Assembly: GCF_016026235.1 (NCBI RefSeq)
Contig: NZ_CP065613.1
Length of the DNA: 64,000 bases
DNA from: Escherichia coli
GTDB taxonomy: Bacteria > Pseudomonadota > Gammaproteobacteria > Enterobacterales > Enterobacteriaceae
Reading direction: 5' to 3' (one strand)
Within the stretch, counting starts at the first letter, position 1. Each line of letters begins with the position of its first letter. The translations under genes and the position numbers were made by a program. The notes beneath the pieces are model-generated. The model saw only the letters and a list, made by a program, of their open reading frames with translations, had not been told where the DNA came from and did not search any database. This document shows, one piece after another, positions 52,019 through 63,977 of the stretch.

Positions 52019-52603
52019 ATGAAGGGGCTTGAGAATGCCATCCGTAATCTGAACAGCCTCGATACCCGCATGGTGCCACAGGCCAGCGCATGGGCGGTAA
52101 ACCGTGTGGCGGCAAAGATTATTTCTGTCGCCACACGGCAGGTTGCGCAGAATACCGTTGCCGGGGATAACCAGGTGAAAGGTATTCCCCTGAAAACGGT
52201 CAGGGAGCGTGTCAGGCTGCTTAAAGCCAGCCCCTCAGGAAAAATGTATGCCCGCATGCGTGTTAACCGGGGTAACCTGCCCGCCATTAAGCTGGGTACC
52301 GCACAGGTCAGACTGGCCCGCTCCCGGCATGGCAGCAACTCACGTCATCGTGGCAGCGTACTGAAAGTGGGGAAATACCTTTTCCGGGATGCGTTTATTC
52401 AGCAACTGGCGAATGGTCGCTGGCATGTGATGCGGCGTATTGACGGCAAAAATCGTTACCCCATTGATGTGGTGAAAATCCCGCTGTCCGGACCGCTGAC
52501 ACAGGCATTTGAAGATGCCCGCGACCGCATCATTGCTGCGGAAATGCCGAAACAGCTGGGGTATGCACTGAAACAACAACTGAGGTTATGGCTGACCCGA
52601 TGA
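52019..52603 (+). CDS. Z: Minor tail protein Z
   Basis: 194 aa; resembles lambda gpZ (GRWHVMRRIDGKNRYPIDVVKIP). Confidence 0.8.
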   Translation: MKGLENAIRNLNSLDTRMVPQASAWAVNRVAAKIISVATRQVAQNTVAGDNQVKGIPLKTVRERVRLLKASPSGKMYARMRVNRGNLPAIKLGTAQVRLARSRHGSNSRHRGSVLKVGKYLFRDAFIQQLANGRWHVMRRIDGKNRYPIDVVKIPLSGPLTQAFEDARDRIIAAEMPKQLGYALKQQLRLWLTR

Positions 52604-53001
52604 ACCGACATACACAGATCCGCCAGGTCGTACTGGCACGCCTTCGGGAACAGTGTGGAGACAGCGCCACGTTTTTTGACGGGCTTCCGGCATTTGTTGA
52701 TGCGCAGGAACTGCCTGCCGTGGCGGTGTGGCTGAGTGATGCTCAGTACACCGGAAAAATGACGGATGAAGATGACTGGCAGGCTGTTCTGCATATTGCT
52801 GTCTTCATCCGGGCACAGGCACCGGATTCAGAGCTGGATATGTGGATGGAGAGCACCATTTTCCCGGCCCTGAATGATGTACCGGCACTTTCCGGACTCA
52901 TCGACACCATGAACCCACTCGGTTTTAACTATCAACGTGATAATGAGATGGCCACCTGGGCGATGGCGGAAATCACGTACCAGATCACGTACACGAATTA
53001 A
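52588..53001 (+). CDS. U: Tail terminator protein U
   Basis: 137 aa; resembles lambda gpU. Confidence 0.8.
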   Translation: MADPMNRHTQIRQVVLARLREQCGDSATFFDGLPAFVDAQELPAVAVWLSDAQYTGKMTDEDDWQAVLHIAVFIRAQAPDSELDMWMESTIFPALNDVPALSGLIDTMNPLGFNYQRDNEMATWAMAEITYQITYTN

Positions 53002-53011
53002 GGAGGTGGCA

Positions 53012-53752
53012 ATGACCACACCAAATCCACTGGCAAAAACGAAAGGTGCGGGAACGACGTTCTGGATGTACACCGGCAAGGGCGATGCGTTTGCGAACCC
53101 TTTGTCGGACACTGACTGGCTGCGTCTTGCGATGGTGAAGGATCTGCAACCTGGCGAAATGACCGCTGATGCAGAAGATGACACTTATCTCGATGATGAA
53201 GATGCAGACTGGAAAACGACAACCCAGGGGCAGAAATCCGTCGGTGATACTTTGGCGACGCTGGCCTGGCGTCCGGGTGACAGCGGGCAGAAAAAACTGG
53301 TTCAGTTGTTCGATTCCGGTGAAGTCTGCGCGTTTCGTATCAAATACCCCAACGGTACGGTTGATGTTTTCCGTGGCTGGCTGAGTTCACTGGGTAAAAC
53401 CATTACCTCAAAAGAGGTGATGACCCGTACTGTAAAAATCAGCGGTGTGGGGCGTCCGTATCTGGCAGAGGAGGGCGCTGAAACCGTGGGTGTTACCGGA
53501 CTGACGGTGGCACCGGCATCTGTCAGTGTCAAAGCGGGAGCAACCACCACACTGACCTTTACAGTAAAACCTGACGGGGCCAGTGACAAAGCGATCAGTG
53601 TGCATTCGTCAGATCCTCAGACTGCTTCGGTGACCCTGAGCGGGCTTGTGGCCACGGTGAAAGGCGTGAAGCAGGGCAGTGTCAGCATCGTGGGCATGAC
53701 CTCTGACGGAGAGTTTGTGGCAGTGGCTGCGGTGACCGTCAGCGCACCATAA
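53012..53752 (+). CDS. V: Major tail protein V (with C-terminal Ig-like domain)
   Basis: ATG 53012 with AGGAGGTGG upstream; 246 aa. Confidence 0.85.
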   Translation: MTTPNPLAKTKGAGTTFWMYTGKGDAFANPLSDTDWLRLAMVKDLQPGEMTADAEDDTYLDDEDADWKTTTQGQKSVGDTLATLAWRPGDSGQKKLVQLFDSGEVCAFRIKYPNGTVDVFRGWLSSLGKTITSKEVMTRTVKISGVGRPYLAEEGAETVGVTGLTVAPASVSVKAGATTTLTFTVKPDGASDKAISVHSSDPQTASVTLSGLVATVKGVKQGSVSIVGMTSDGEFVAVAAVTVSAP

Positions 53753-53792
53753 CAGGACGATACTCATCATTGCCCCGGTTATCCGGGGCTTT

Positions 53793-54197
53793 TTGCATCC
53801 GGAGAACATGATGTTTCTGAAACAGGATACGTTTAATTATGAAAAACAGTCCGTGGTGCTCAGTGAGCTGTCCGGGCTGCAGAGAATTGAATATCTGACG
53901 TTTGTTCAGCAGCGAACGGCAAAGTTTGATGCACAGGAGGGAGAACTGCCGGAGGCTGAACGACAGATTGCTTTTCTGCGTATGGGAATGGATATCAATG
54001 CCTGGCTGGTTTCCCGCTCACTGTGGAATGCTGAGCAGTCTCAGGATGTTGAGACGCTTTGCGCATCCATTATGACAACATGGTCGTATGATGCGCTGGG
54101 CGCGGGGGCGGAGAGGGTTCTGTCGCTGAGCGGTATGGGGACCATTGAGAATGCCGGGGATGATGATCATGAGGCGCTGACGCCGGAAAAGTCCTGA
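53793..54197 (+). CDS. G: Tail assembly chaperone G
   Basis: About 130 aa; MFLKQDTFNYEKQSVVLSELSGLQRIEYL resembles lambda gpG. Confidence 0.75.
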   Translation: MHPENMMFLKQDTFNYEKQSVVLSELSGLQRIEYLTFVQQRTAKFDAQEGELPEAERQIAFLRMGMDINAWLVSRSLWNAEQSQDVETLCASIMTTWSYDALGAGAERVLSLSGMGTIENAGDDDHEALTPEKS

Positions 54198-54205
54198 CGC
54201 GGGAA

Positions 54206-54535
54206 ATGCAGTTTGTCATGCGGCTTGCCCGGGAGTTCCGGCGGGCAGACTGGCGGCGGATGCTGTCGGAAATGTCGGCCACTGAGCTTGGTGAGTGGGG
54301 CGATTATTTCCGGATGCAGAGCTTCAGTGATGTGTGGATGGATGCGCAGTTTGCCTCGCTGAAGGCATTGATCGTGAGAATGGTGTCCGGCAGCAGCGAT
54401 GCTGCGGTGGCTGATTTCAGCCTTTTACCGGAAGAGAACGGGATACCGGAGCGAACGGACGAAGAACTGATGCATCTTGGGGAAGGTATTTCCGGAGGTG
54501 TGCGTTATGGACCAGATAGCCAACCTGGTCATTGA
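54206..54535 (+). CDS. T: T portion of the G-T tail assembly chaperone (-1 frameshift product)
   Basis: ORF in the -1 frame relative to G; G-frame stop preceded by CCGGAAAAG, a candidate slippery region. Confidence 0.55.
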   Translation: MQFVMRLAREFRRADWRRMLSEMSATELGEWGDYFRMQSFSDVWMDAQFASLKALIVRMVSGSSDAAVADFSLLPEENGIPERTDEELMHLGEGISGGVRYGPDSQPGH

Positions 54536-57462
54536 TTTGGGGATTGATGCGGCAGAGTTTAAAAATGAAATTCCCCGTATCAAAAACCTTCTGAATGGTG
54601 CAGCCAGCGATGCAGAACGGTCTTCTGCCCGTATGCAGCGTTTTATGGAGCGTCAGACTCAGGCCGCCCGGCAGACAACGCAGGCGGCTTCTTCGGCTGC
54701 AACAGCCGCATCCGTCCATGCGCAGACGGTGGAGAAGAACGCACAGGCTCATGAACGCATGGCCCGCGAGGTGGAGAAAACCCGCCAGCGCATGGAGGCG
54801 CTGAGCCAGAAAATGCGCGAGGAACAGGCGCAGGCCAGGGCACTGGCGGAGGCGCAGGATAAAGCGGCTGCCGCCTTTTATCGCCAGATTGACAGTGTGA
54901 AACAGGCCGGTGCGGGGCTTCAGGAATTACAGCGTATTCAGCAGCAGATCCGACAGGCCAGAAACAGTGGCGGGGTTGGTCAGCAGGATTATCTGGCGCT
55001 GATTTCGGAGATCACGGCGAAAACCCGTGCCCTGACGCAGGCAGAGGAACAGGCCACCCGGCAGAAAGCGGCGTTTATCCGCCAGCTTAAAGAGCAGGCA
55101 ACCCGCCAGAATCTGTCGTCTTCTGAGTTGCTTCGCGCCAGGGCGGCTCAGCTGGGGGTAAGCAGTGCTGCAGAAGTGTATATCCGCAAAATGGAGCGGG
55201 CAGGAAAAGCCACACATTCGCTGGGGCTGAAAAGTGCGGCAGCCCGGCGGGAGCTGGGGGTGTTAATCAGTCAGATGGCGCGCGGCAATTTTGGTGCGCT
55301 GAGGGGATCCGGGATAACGCTGGCTAACCGTGCCGGATGGACAGGCGCACTGATGTCGCCGAAAGGCATGATGACTGGCGGCGTTATTGGCGGACTTGTC
55401 GCGGCGGTCCTGGGTCTGGGTAAAGCCTGGCATGACGGCCGGAAGGAGGGCGAGGAATTTAACCGTCAGCTGGCGCTGACGGGACATTATGCCGGTGTCA
55501 CTGTCGGGCAGTGGGGCATTTCATGGAAACGATATTGGTATGGTGGCGAAAGCTGCCGCACAGATGGAGCGATCGGTTGGCCAGTCGGTCAGCGATACCA
55601 TAAATCAGTTTAAGCGGCTGAAGGATGATCCTGTAAATGCCGCGAAGGCGCTGGACAATGCGCTGCATTTTTGACTGCCACTCAGCTTGAGCAGATACGC
55701 GTCCTTGGGGAGCAGGGGCGGTCCAGTGATGCGGCCCGGATCGCCATGTCTGCGCTGGCAGAGGAAACCGGTAAACGCACATCTGATATTGATAATAATC
55801 TCAATGCGCTGGGTAGTACGCTGCAAACCTTGTCTGACTGGTGGAAGCAGTTCTGGGATGCGGCCATGAATATTGGTCGTGAAGACTCGCTGGATGCGCA
55901 GATTGATGCGTTACAGGAAAAAATTCAGCGCGCGAAAAAATATCCGTGGACAAACGCCTCCACACAGGTGGAGTACGATCAGCAGCGTCTTAACGATCTT
56001 CAGGAGAAAAAACGCCGGAAGGATTTGCAGGATGCAAAAGCGCAGGCAGAACGGAATTACCAGGAGCAACAGAAACGCCGGAATGCTGAAAATGCCGCGC
56101 TGAACCGGATGAATGAAACGGAAGCTGCACGACATCAGCGGGAAATTGCGCGTATTAATGCCATGCAGTACGCCGACCAGGCTGTCAGGGATGCGGCGAT
56201 ACAGCGTGAAAATGAACGTTACGAAAAAGCCATTAAGAAAAATACACGGGCAACCCGTAATGATGAGGCCACCCGGTTATTGCTGCAGTACAGTCAGCAG
56301 CAGGCACAGGTGGAAGGGCAGATTGCTGCTGCCAGACAGTCAGCAGGCATTGCCACTGAAAGGATGACTGAAGCGCATAAACAGCTTCTGGCCCTGCAGC
56401 AGCGCATCAGCGACCTGGGCGGGAAAAAGCTGACGGCAGATGAAAAGAGTGTGCTGGCCCGTAAGAATGAGCTGATTCAGGCGCTGACGCTGCTGGATGT
56501 GAAACAGCAGGAGCTGCAGAAACAGACAGCGCTTAACGACCTGAGAAAAAAACGGTTCAGCTGACCAGCCAGCTGGCAGACAAAGAACGTGCACTGCGTG
56601 AGCAGCACAATCTGGATATTGCCACTGCAGGTATGGGGGATAAGCAGCGGCAGCGCTACCAGGCACAGTTGCGCATCCGGCAGGAATACCGGCAACAGTT
56701 GCAACAGCTTGAGAATGACAGTCGCCAGAAAGGCACTTACGGGACGGAGGACTACCGGAGGGCTGAGGAGGTGCTGAAGGGGAGCCTGAAGCGACAACTG
56801 AATGAAAACAAACGCTACTGGCAGGAACTGGAAGTGGCGCAGGGCGACTGGAAAAACGGTGCCATGCGGGCGTTTCAGAATTTTACGGCGGATGCGGATA
56901 ATGCGGCGGGAACGGCAGAACAGATGTTTACAGTGGCATTCAGCAGTGCCGGTAATGCACTGGCGACATTCTGTACCACCGGTAAGCTGAATTTTAAATC
57001 CTTTACCTCTTCCCTGTTGTCAGATATGGCCAGAATTATGGCACAGATGGCCATGATGCAGGCGGTAAAGGGCGTCGGTTCTTTATTCGGCTTCACGACT
57101 AATGCTGATGGCGGTGTTTACCAGTCTGCTGATTTGAGTCGCTACAGTGGCACGGTGGTTAACCGTCCGACGTTTTTTGCTTTTGCAAAAGGCGCGGGTG
57201 TGATGGGGGAAGCGGGACCTGAAGCCATTCTGCCACTGCGTCGCGGTGCTGATGGTAAGCTGGGGGTGTGGCGGATACTGGTGGTTCAGGCATGGTGATG
57301 TTTGCCCCGCAGTACAACATTGAGATCAATAACGATGGCACGAACGGGCAGATAGGTCCGGCTGCCCTGAAGGTGGTTTATGACCTCGGGAAAAAAGCGG
57401 CCGCGGACTTTATGCAACAGCAGGCCCGTGATGGTGGCCGGTTAAGTGGAGCATACCGGTAA
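54507..57462 (+). pseudogene. H: Tail tape measure protein H, fragmented by about four frameshifts
   Basis: Tape-measure-like Ala/Gln-rich sequence distributed over five frames (ORFs 54477-55613, 55489-55674, 55671-56564, 56633-57298, 57268-57462); switches at G-run about 55505, T5 at 55672, A7 at 56555, G5 at 57280. Confidence 0.7.
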
Positions 57463-57791
57463 TGGAGACGTTTCACTGGAAAGTGCGCCCGGATATGAAT
57501 GTGGTATCAGAGCCGAAAGTGGTGACAGTGAAGCTGGGCGATGGTTATGAACAGCGTCGTGCGGCGGGACTGAATAACCAGTTGTCGACTTACAGCGTGA
57601 CGATACGTGTTCGTAAAGGTGAACACCCATCTTTAAAAGCCTTTCTGGAACGGCACGGTGGCGTCCGCGCATTTCAGTGGACGCCACCTTATGACTGGAA
57701 ACCGATCAGGGTGGTTTGTCGTAAATGGTCGGCAAGCGTGGGGGCGTTATGGGTGACTGTAACGGCCGATTTTGAACAGGTGGTGAACTGA
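57462..57791 (+). CDS. M: Minor tail protein M
   Basis: 109 aa; C-terminus ...FEQVVN as in lambda gpM. Confidence 0.85.
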   Translation: METFHWKVRPDMNVVSEPKVVTVKLGDGYEQRRAAGLNNQLSTYSVTIRVRKGEHPSLKAFLERHGGVRAFQWTPPYDWKPIRVVCRKWSASVGALWVTVTADFEQVVN

Positions 57792-58489
57792 TGCAGGATA
57801 TCCGGCAGGAAACACTGAATGAATGCACCCGTGCGGAGCAGTCAGTCCGGGTGGAGCTCTGGGAAATCGATCTGACAGAGGTCGGTGGTGAGCGTTATTT
57901 TTTCTGTAATGAGCAGAACGAAAAAGGTGAGCCGGTCACCTGGCAGGGGCGGCAGTATCAGGCATACCCCATTCAGGGGTCGGGGTTTGAACTGAACGGC
58001 AGGGGCTGTGCTGCCCGTCCGACACTGACGGTCTCTAACCTGCACGGCATGGTCACCGGTATGGCGGAAGATCTGCAGAGTCTGGTCGGCGGAACGGTGG
58101 TCAGGCGTAAGGTTTACGCCCGTTTTCTGGATGCGGTGAACTTCGTCAACGGAAACAGCGACGCCGATCCGGAACAGGAGGTGATCAGCCGCTGGCGCAT
58201 CGAGCAGTGCAGCGAACTGAGCGCGGTCAGTGCCTCTTTTGTGCTGGCCACACCAACGGAGACGGATGGCGCGGTTTTCCCGGGGCGTATCATGCTGGCG
58301 AATACCTGTATGTGGACTTACCGTTCTGATGAGTGTGGTTACACGGGCAGGGCAGTGGCTGACGAGTTCGACAAACCAACGACGGATATCCGGAAGGACA
58401 AATGCAGCAAGTGTATGCGCGGGTGTGAGTTGCGCAACAATACCGGTAATTTCGGCGGTTTCCTTTCCATCAATAAACTTTCTCAGTAA
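57791..58489 (+). CDS. L: Minor tail protein L
   Basis: 232 aa, lambda gpL-like. Confidence 0.85.
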   Translation: MQDIRQETLNECTRAEQSVRVELWEIDLTEVGGERYFFCNEQNEKGEPVTWQGRQYQAYPIQGSGFELNGRGCAARPTLTVSNLHGMVTGMAEDLQSLVGGTVVRRKVYARFLDAVNFVNGNSDADPEQEVISRWRIEQCSELSAVSASFVLATPTETDGAVFPGRIMLANTCMWTYRSDECGYTGRAVADEFDKPTTDIRKDKCSKCMRGCELRNNTGNFGGFLSINKLSQ

Positions 58490-58493
58490 ATCC

Positions 58494-59237
58494 ATGACAC
58501 AGACAGAATCAGCGATTCTGGCGCACGCCCGGCGATGTGCGCCAGCGGAGTCGTGTGGCTTCGTGGTGAGAACGCCGGAGGGAGACAGGTATCTTCCCAG
58601 CGAGAATATCTCCGGTGAGCCGGAGGAACGGTTCCGGATGGCTCCGGAGGACTGGCTGCGGGCACAAATGCTGGGTGAGATTGTGGCGCTGGTCCACAGT
58701 CATCCCGGTGGTCTGCCCTGGCTGAGTGAGGCTGACCGGCGGCTGCAGGTGCAGAGTGATTTGCCGTGGTGGCTGGTCTGCCGGGGTGAGATTCATAAAT
58801 TCCGCTGTGTGCCGCATCTCACCGGGCGGCGCTTTGAGCACGGGGTGACGGACTGTTACACGCTGTTCCGGGATGCTTATCATCTGGCGGGGATTGAGAT
58901 GCCGGATTTTCATCGCGGGGATGACTGGTGGCGTAACGGTCAGAATCTCTATCTTGACAATATGGAGGTGACGGGTTTTTACCGTGTCGCACTGACAGAG
59001 GCGCAGCCGGGCGATGTGCTGCTGTGCTGTTTTGGTTCATCGGTGCCGAATCATGCCGCCATTTACTGCGGTGACGGCGGGCTGCTGCACCATATTCCTG
59101 AACAACTGAGCAAACGAGAGAGGTACACCGACAAATGGCAGCGACGCACACACTCCCTCTGGCGTCACCGGGCATGGCGCGCATCTGCCTTTACGGGGAT
59201 TTACAACGATTTGGTCGCCGCATCGACCTTCGTGTGA
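58494..59237 (+). CDS. K: Tail assembly protein K (JAB/MPN plus NlpC/P60 domains)
   Basis: 247 aa from ATG 58494; HSHP motif and Cys-His peptidase motif. Confidence 0.85.
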   Translation: MTQTESAILAHARRCAPAESCGFVVRTPEGDRYLPSENISGEPEERFRMAPEDWLRAQMLGEIVALVHSHPGGLPWLSEADRRLQVQSDLPWWLVCRGEIHKFRCVPHLTGRRFEHGVTDCYTLFRDAYHLAGIEMPDFHRGDDWWRNGQNLYLDNMEVTGFYRVALTEAQPGDVLLCCFGSSVPNHAAIYCGDGGLLHHIPEQLSKRERYTDKWQRRTHSLWRHRAWRASAFTGIYNDLVAASTFV

Positions 59238-59776
59238 AAACGGGGGCTGAAGCCATCCGGGCACTGGCCACACAGCTCCCGGCGTTTCGTCAGAAACTGA
59301 GTGACGGCTGGTATCAGGTGCGCATTGCCGGGCGTGATGCAGGTGAAACCGAATTGTCTGCCCGTCTTAATGAGCCGCTGGCAAATGGTGCAGTGATCCA
59401 CATAGTACCGCGTCTGGTGGGAGCTAAAAGTGGCGGTGTGTTTCAGGCGGTGCTGGGGGCGGCTGTTATGGCGGTTGCTATATGGATGCCGGGGGTAGGA
59501 ATTATGGCGAGTAATCTGCTGTTTTCTCTCGGTGCCAGTATGACGCTTGGCGGTGTTGCACAGATGCTGGCACCGAAAGCCAGAACTCCCCGTACACAGA
59601 CAACGGATAACGGTAAGCAGAACACGTATTTCTCGTCACTGGATAACATGGTTGCCCAGGGCAATGTTCTGCCCGTTCTGTACGGTGAAATGCGCGTGGG
59701 GTCACGTGTGGTTTCTCAGGAGATCAGCACGGCAGACGAAGGGGATGGTGGTCAGGTTGTGGTGATTGGTCGCTGA
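59135..59776 (+). CDS. I: Tail assembly protein I
   Basis: 213 aa, lambda gpI-like. Confidence 0.8.
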   Translation: MAATHTLPLASPGMARICLYGDLQRFGRRIDLRVKTGAEAIRALATQLPAFRQKLSDGWYQVRIAGRDAGETELSARLNEPLANGAVIHIVPRLVGAKSGGVFQAVLGAAVMAVAIWMPGVGIMASNLLFSLGASMTLGGVAQMLAPKARTPRTQTTDNGKQNTYFSSLDNMVAQGNVLPVLYGEMRVGSRVVSQEISTADEGDGGQVVVIGR

Positions 59777-59836
59777 TGCAAAATGTTTTATGTGAAACCG
59801 CCTGCGGGCGGTTTTGTCGTTTATGGAGCGTGAGGA

Positions 59837-62800
59837 ATGGGTAAAGGCAGCAGTAAGGGGCATACCCCGCGCGAAGCGAAGGACAACCTGAAATCCACGC
59901 AGTTGCTGAGTGTGATTGATGCCATCAGCGAAGGGCCGGTTGACGGTCCGGTGGATGGATTAAAAAGCGTGCTGCTGAACGGTACGCCGGTCCTGGACAG
60001 CGAGGGGAAGACAAACTTTTCCGGTGTTACGGTGGTGTTCCGCGCCGGCGAGCAGGAGCAGACACCGCCGGAGGGGTTTGAATCTTCCGGCTCCGAGACG
60101 GTGCTGGGTACGGAAGTGAAATACGACACGCCGATCACCCGGACCATCACGTCGGCAAACATTGATCGTCTGCGCCTGACCTTCGGTGTGCAGGCACTGG
60201 TGGAAACCACCTCAAAGGGGGACCGGAATCCGTCGGAAGTCCGCCTGCTGGTTCAGATACAGCGTAACGGTGGCTGGGTGACGGAAAAAGACATCACCAT
60301 TAAGGGCAAAACCACTTCGCAGTATCTGGCCTCGGTGGTGGTGGGTAACCTGCCGCCGCGCCCGTTTAATATCCGGATGCGCAGGATGACACCGGACAGC
60401 ACCACAGACCAGCTGCAGAACAAAACGCTCTGGTCGTCGTACACCGAAATCATCGATGTGAAACAGTGCTACCCGAACACGGCGCTGGTCGGCGTGCAGG
60501 TGGATTCAGAGCAGTTCGGTAACCAGCAGGTGAGTCGCAATTATCATCTTCGCGGGCGCATTCTGCAGGTGCCGTCGAACTATAACCCGCAGACGCGGCA
60601 ATACAGCGGTATCTGGGACGGAACGTTTAAGCCAGCATACAGCAACAATATGGCCTGGTGTCTGTGGGATATGCTGACCCACCCGCGCTACGGCATGGGG
60701 AAACGTCTTGGTGCGGCGGATGTGGATAAATGGGCGCTGTATGTCATCGGCCAGAATTGCGATCAGTCGGTGCCGGACGGCTTTGGCGGCACGGAGCCGC
60801 GCATCACCTGTAATGCGTACCTGACCACACAGCGCAAGGCGTGGGATGTGCTCAGTGATTTCTGCTCGGCGATGCGCTGTATGCCGGTATGGAACGGGCA
60901 GACGCTGACGTTCGTGCAGGACCGACCGTCGGATAAGGTGTGGACCTATAACCGCAGTAATGTGGTGATGCCGGATGATGGCGCGCCGTTCCGCTACAGC
61001 TTCAGCGCCCTGAAGGACCGCCATAATGCCGTTGAGGTGAACTGGATTGACCCGGATAACGGCTGGGAGACGGCGACAGAGCTTGTTGAAGATACGCAGG
61101 CCATTGCCCGTTACGGTCGTAATGTCACGAAGATGGATGCCTTTGGCTGTACCAGTCGGGGGCAGGCACACCGCGCCGGGCTGTGGCTGATTAAAACGGA
61201 GCTGCTGGAAACGCAGACCGTGGACTTCAGCGTGGGTGCTGAAGGGCTTCGCCATGTACCGGGCGATGTCATTGAAATCTGCGATGATGACTATGCCGGT
61301 ATCAGCACCGGCGGGCGCGTGCTGGCGGTAAACAGCCAGACCCGGACGCTGACGCTCGACCGTGAAATCACGCTGCCATCTTCCGGCACCACGCTGATAA
61401 GCCTGGTTGACGGGCAGGGGAGTCCGGTCAGCGTGGAGGTTCAGTCCGTCACCGACGGCGTGAAGGTGAAAGTGAGCCGGGTTCCTGACGGCGTTGCAGA
61501 ATACAGCGTGTGGGGGCTGAAGCTGCCGACGCTGCGCCAGCGCCTGTTCCGCTGCGTGAGTATCCGTGAGAACGACGACGGCACGTATGCCATCACCGCC
61601 GTGCAGCATGTGCCGGAAAAAGAGGCCATCGTGGATAACGGGGCACACTTTGACGGTGACCGGCGCGGCACGGTGAATGGTGTCACGCCGCCAGCGGTGC
61701 AGCATCTGACCGCCGAAGTCACCGCAGACAGCGGGGAATATCAGGTGCTGGCGCGATGGGACACGCCGAAGGTGGTGAAGGGAGTGAGCTTCCTGCTTCG
61801 CCTGACCGTGGCAGCGGACGACGGCAGTGAGCGGCTGGTCAGCACAGCCCGGACGACGGAAACCACATACCGCTTCAGGCAGCTGGCGCTGGGGAATTAC
61901 AGTCTGACAGTCCGGGTGGTAAATGCCCGGGGGCAGCAGGGCGATCCGGCGTCGGTATCGTTCCGGATTGCGGCACCGGCAGCGCCTGTCACTATTGAAC
62001 TGATACCGGGGTATTTTCAGATAACGGCGGTCCCGAAACTGGCTGTATATGACCCGACGGTGCAGTTTGAGTTCTGGTTTTCGGAAAAGCGGATTGCGGA
62101 TATCAGGCAGGTTGAAACCAGCGCCCGCTATCTTGGCACGGCGCTGTACTGGATAGCCGCCAGTATCAATATCAGGCCGGGCCATGATTATTATTTTTAC
62201 GTTCGCAGTGTGAACACCGTTGGCAAATCGGCATTTGTGGAGGCCGTCGGTCGGGCGAGCGATGATGCGGAAGGTTATCTGAGTTTTTATAAAGGGTTGA
62301 TCAATAAAACGCATCTCGGCAAGGAGTTGTGGACGCAGATTGATAACGGTCAGCTTGCGCCGGACCTGACTGAAATCAGGACGTCCATTACGAATGTCAG
62401 CAATGAAATCACGCAAACCGTCAATAAAAAACTGGAAAATCAGAGTGCTGCAATCCAGCAGATACAGAAAGTTCAGGTTGATACAAATAATAACCTGAAC
62501 AGCATGTGGGCTGTGAAGCTGCAACAGATGAAGGACGGACGCCTTTATATTGCGGGTATCGGTGCCGGTATTGAGAATACGCCAGCAGGAATGCAGAGTC
62601 AGGTGCTGCTGGCGGCAGACAGGATTGCGATGATTAATCCTGCGAATGGCAACACAAAGCCGATGTTTGTTGGTCAGGGCGATCAGATATTCATGAACGA
62701 CGTGTTCCTGAAACGCCTGACGGCTCCGACCATTACCAGCGGCGGTAATCCTCCGGCATTTTCCCTGACACCTGGCGGACGGCTGACGGCGAAAAATGCC

Positions 62801-63310
62801 GATATCAGCGGTAACGTGAACTCCGGGACGCTCAACAACGTCACGATTAATAAGAACTGTCGGGTTCTGGGAAAATTGTCCGCGAACCAGATTGAAGGCG
62901 ATCTCGTTAAAACAGTGGGCAAACCTTTCCCACGGGACTCCCGTGCACCGGAGAGGTGGCCATCAGGGACCATTACCGTCAGGGTTTATGACGATCAGCC
63001 GTTTGATCGGCAAATTGTTATTCCCGCGGTGGCGTTTCGCGGTGCTAAACATGAGCGGAAGAATAACAATATTTATTCGTCATGCCGCCTGATAGTGAAG
63101 AAAAACGGTGCTGAAATTTATAACCGAACGACCCTGGATAATACGCTGATATATACGGGTGTTATTGATATGCCTGCCGGTCACGGTCACATGACGCTGG
63201 AGTTTTCTGTATCGGCATGGCTGGTAAATGGCTGGTATCCCACAGCAAGTATCAGCGATTTGCTGGTTGTTGTGATGAAGAAATCCACAGCAGGTATCAG
63301 TATCAGCTGA
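59837..63310 (+). CDS. J: Tail tip / host specificity protein J
   Basis: 1157 aa; size and conserved N-terminal region of lambda gpJ. Confidence 0.9.
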   Translation: MGKGSSKGHTPREAKDNLKSTQLLSVIDAISEGPVDGPVDGLKSVLLNGTPVLDSEGKTNFSGVTVVFRAGEQEQTPPEGFESSGSETVLGTEVKYDTPITRTITSANIDRLRLTFGVQALVETTSKGDRNPSEVRLLVQIQRNGGWVTEKDITIKGKTTSQYLASVVVGNLPPRPFNIRMRRMTPDSTTDQLQNKTLWSSYTEIIDVKQCYPNTALVGVQVDSEQFGNQQVSRNYHLRGRILQVPSNYNPQTRQYSGIWDGTFKPAYSNNMAWCLWDMLTHPRYGMGKRLGAADVDKWALYVIGQNCDQSVPDGFGGTEPRITCNAYLTTQRKAWDVLSDFCSAMRCMPVWNGQTLTFVQDRPSDKVWTYNRSNVVMPDDGAPFRYSFSALKDRHNAVEVNWIDPDNGWETATELVEDTQAIARYGRNVTKMDAFGCTSRGQAHRAGLWLIKTELLETQTVDFSVGAEGLRHVPGDVIEICDDDYAGISTGGRVLAVNSQTRTLTLDREITLPSSGTTLISLVDGQGSPVSVEVQSVTDGVKVKVSRVPDGVAEYSVWGLKLPTLRQRLFRCVSIRENDDGTYAITAVQHVPEKEAIVDNGAHFDGDRRGTVNGVTPPAVQHLTAEVTADSGEYQVLARWDTPKVVKGVSFLLRLTVAADDGSERLVSTARTTETTYRFRQLALGNYSLTVRVVNARGQQGDPASVSFRIAAPAAPVTIELIPGYFQITAVPKLAVYDPTVQFEFWFSEKRIADIRQVETSARYLGTALYWIAASINIRPGHDYYFYVRSVNTVGKSAFVEAVGRASDDAEGYLSFYKGLINKTHLGKELWTQIDNGQLAPDLTEIRTSITNVSNEITQTVNKKLENQSAAIQQIQKVQVDTNNNLNSMWAVKLQQMKDGRLYIAGIGAGIENTPAGMQSQVLLAADRIAMINPANGNTKPMFVGQGDQIFMNDVFLKRLTAPTITSGGNPPAFSLTPGGRLTAKNADISGNVNSGTLNNVTINKNCRVLGKLSANQIEGDLVKTVGKPFPRDSRAPERWPSGTITVRVYDDQPFDRQIVIPAVAFRGAKHERKNNNIYSSCRLIVKKNGAEIYNRTTLDNTLIYTGVIDMPAGHGHMTLEFSVSAWLVNGWYPTASISDLLVVVMKKSTAGISIS

Positions 63311-63377
63311 ATTTTATAACCCAGATACGGGCACCAGAAATGGTGCCTTTTTTATTGCAGAAAAGCGAGAGGTAATT

Positions 63378-63977
63378 ATGCGTAAACTTTATGCTGCCAT
63401 TTTGTCCGCAGCCATCTGTCTGGCTGTATCCGGTGCGCCTGCATGGGCGTCTGAACATCAGTCCACGCTGAGCGCGGGGTATCTTCATGCCTCGACGAAC
63501 GCTCCCGGCAGTGATGATCTGAACGGGATTAACGTGAAATACCGTTATGAGTTTACGGACACGCTGGGGCTGGTGACGTCATTCAGCTATGCCAACGCTG
63601 AAGATGAGCAAAAAACGCATTACAGCGATACCTGCTGGCATGAGGATTCCGTGCGTAACCGCTGGTTCAGCGTGATGGCGGGGCCGTCTGTGCGCGTGAA
63701 TGAATGGTTCAGCGCGTATGCGATGGCGGGCGTGGCTTACAGCCGTGTGTCGACCTTCTCCGGGGATTATCTCCGCGTAACTGACAACAAGGGGAAAACG
63801 CACGATGTGCTGACCGGAAGTGATGACGGTCGCCACAGCAACACGTCTCTGGCGTGGGGAGCTGGCGTGCAGTTTAACCCGACCGAATCCGTGGCCGTTG
63901 ACCTTGCTTATGAAGGTTCCGGCAGTGGCGACTGGCGCACTGACGGTTTCATCGTGGGTGTCGGTTATAAGTTCTGA
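63378..63977 (+). CDS. lom: Outer membrane protein Lom (Ail/Lom family)
   Basis: 199 aa with signal peptide and C-terminal ...GVGYKF beta-barrel motif. Confidence 0.9.
   Translation: MRKLYAAILSAAICLAVSGAPAWASEHQSTLSAGYLHASTNAPGSDDLNGINVKYRYEFTDTLGLVTSFSYANAEDEQKTHYSDTCWHEDSVRNRWFSVMAGPSVRVNEWFSAYAMAGVAYSRVSTFSGDYLRVTDNKGKTHDVLTGSDDGRHSNTSLAWGAGVQFNPTESVAVDLAYEGSGSGDWRTDGFIVGVGYKF

Noticed and set aside
60506-62524. 672-aa ORF on the minus strand inside the J gene
   Set aside because: Antisense shadow ORF of the GC-rich J gene; Arg/His/Pro-rich, low-complexity, no RBS.
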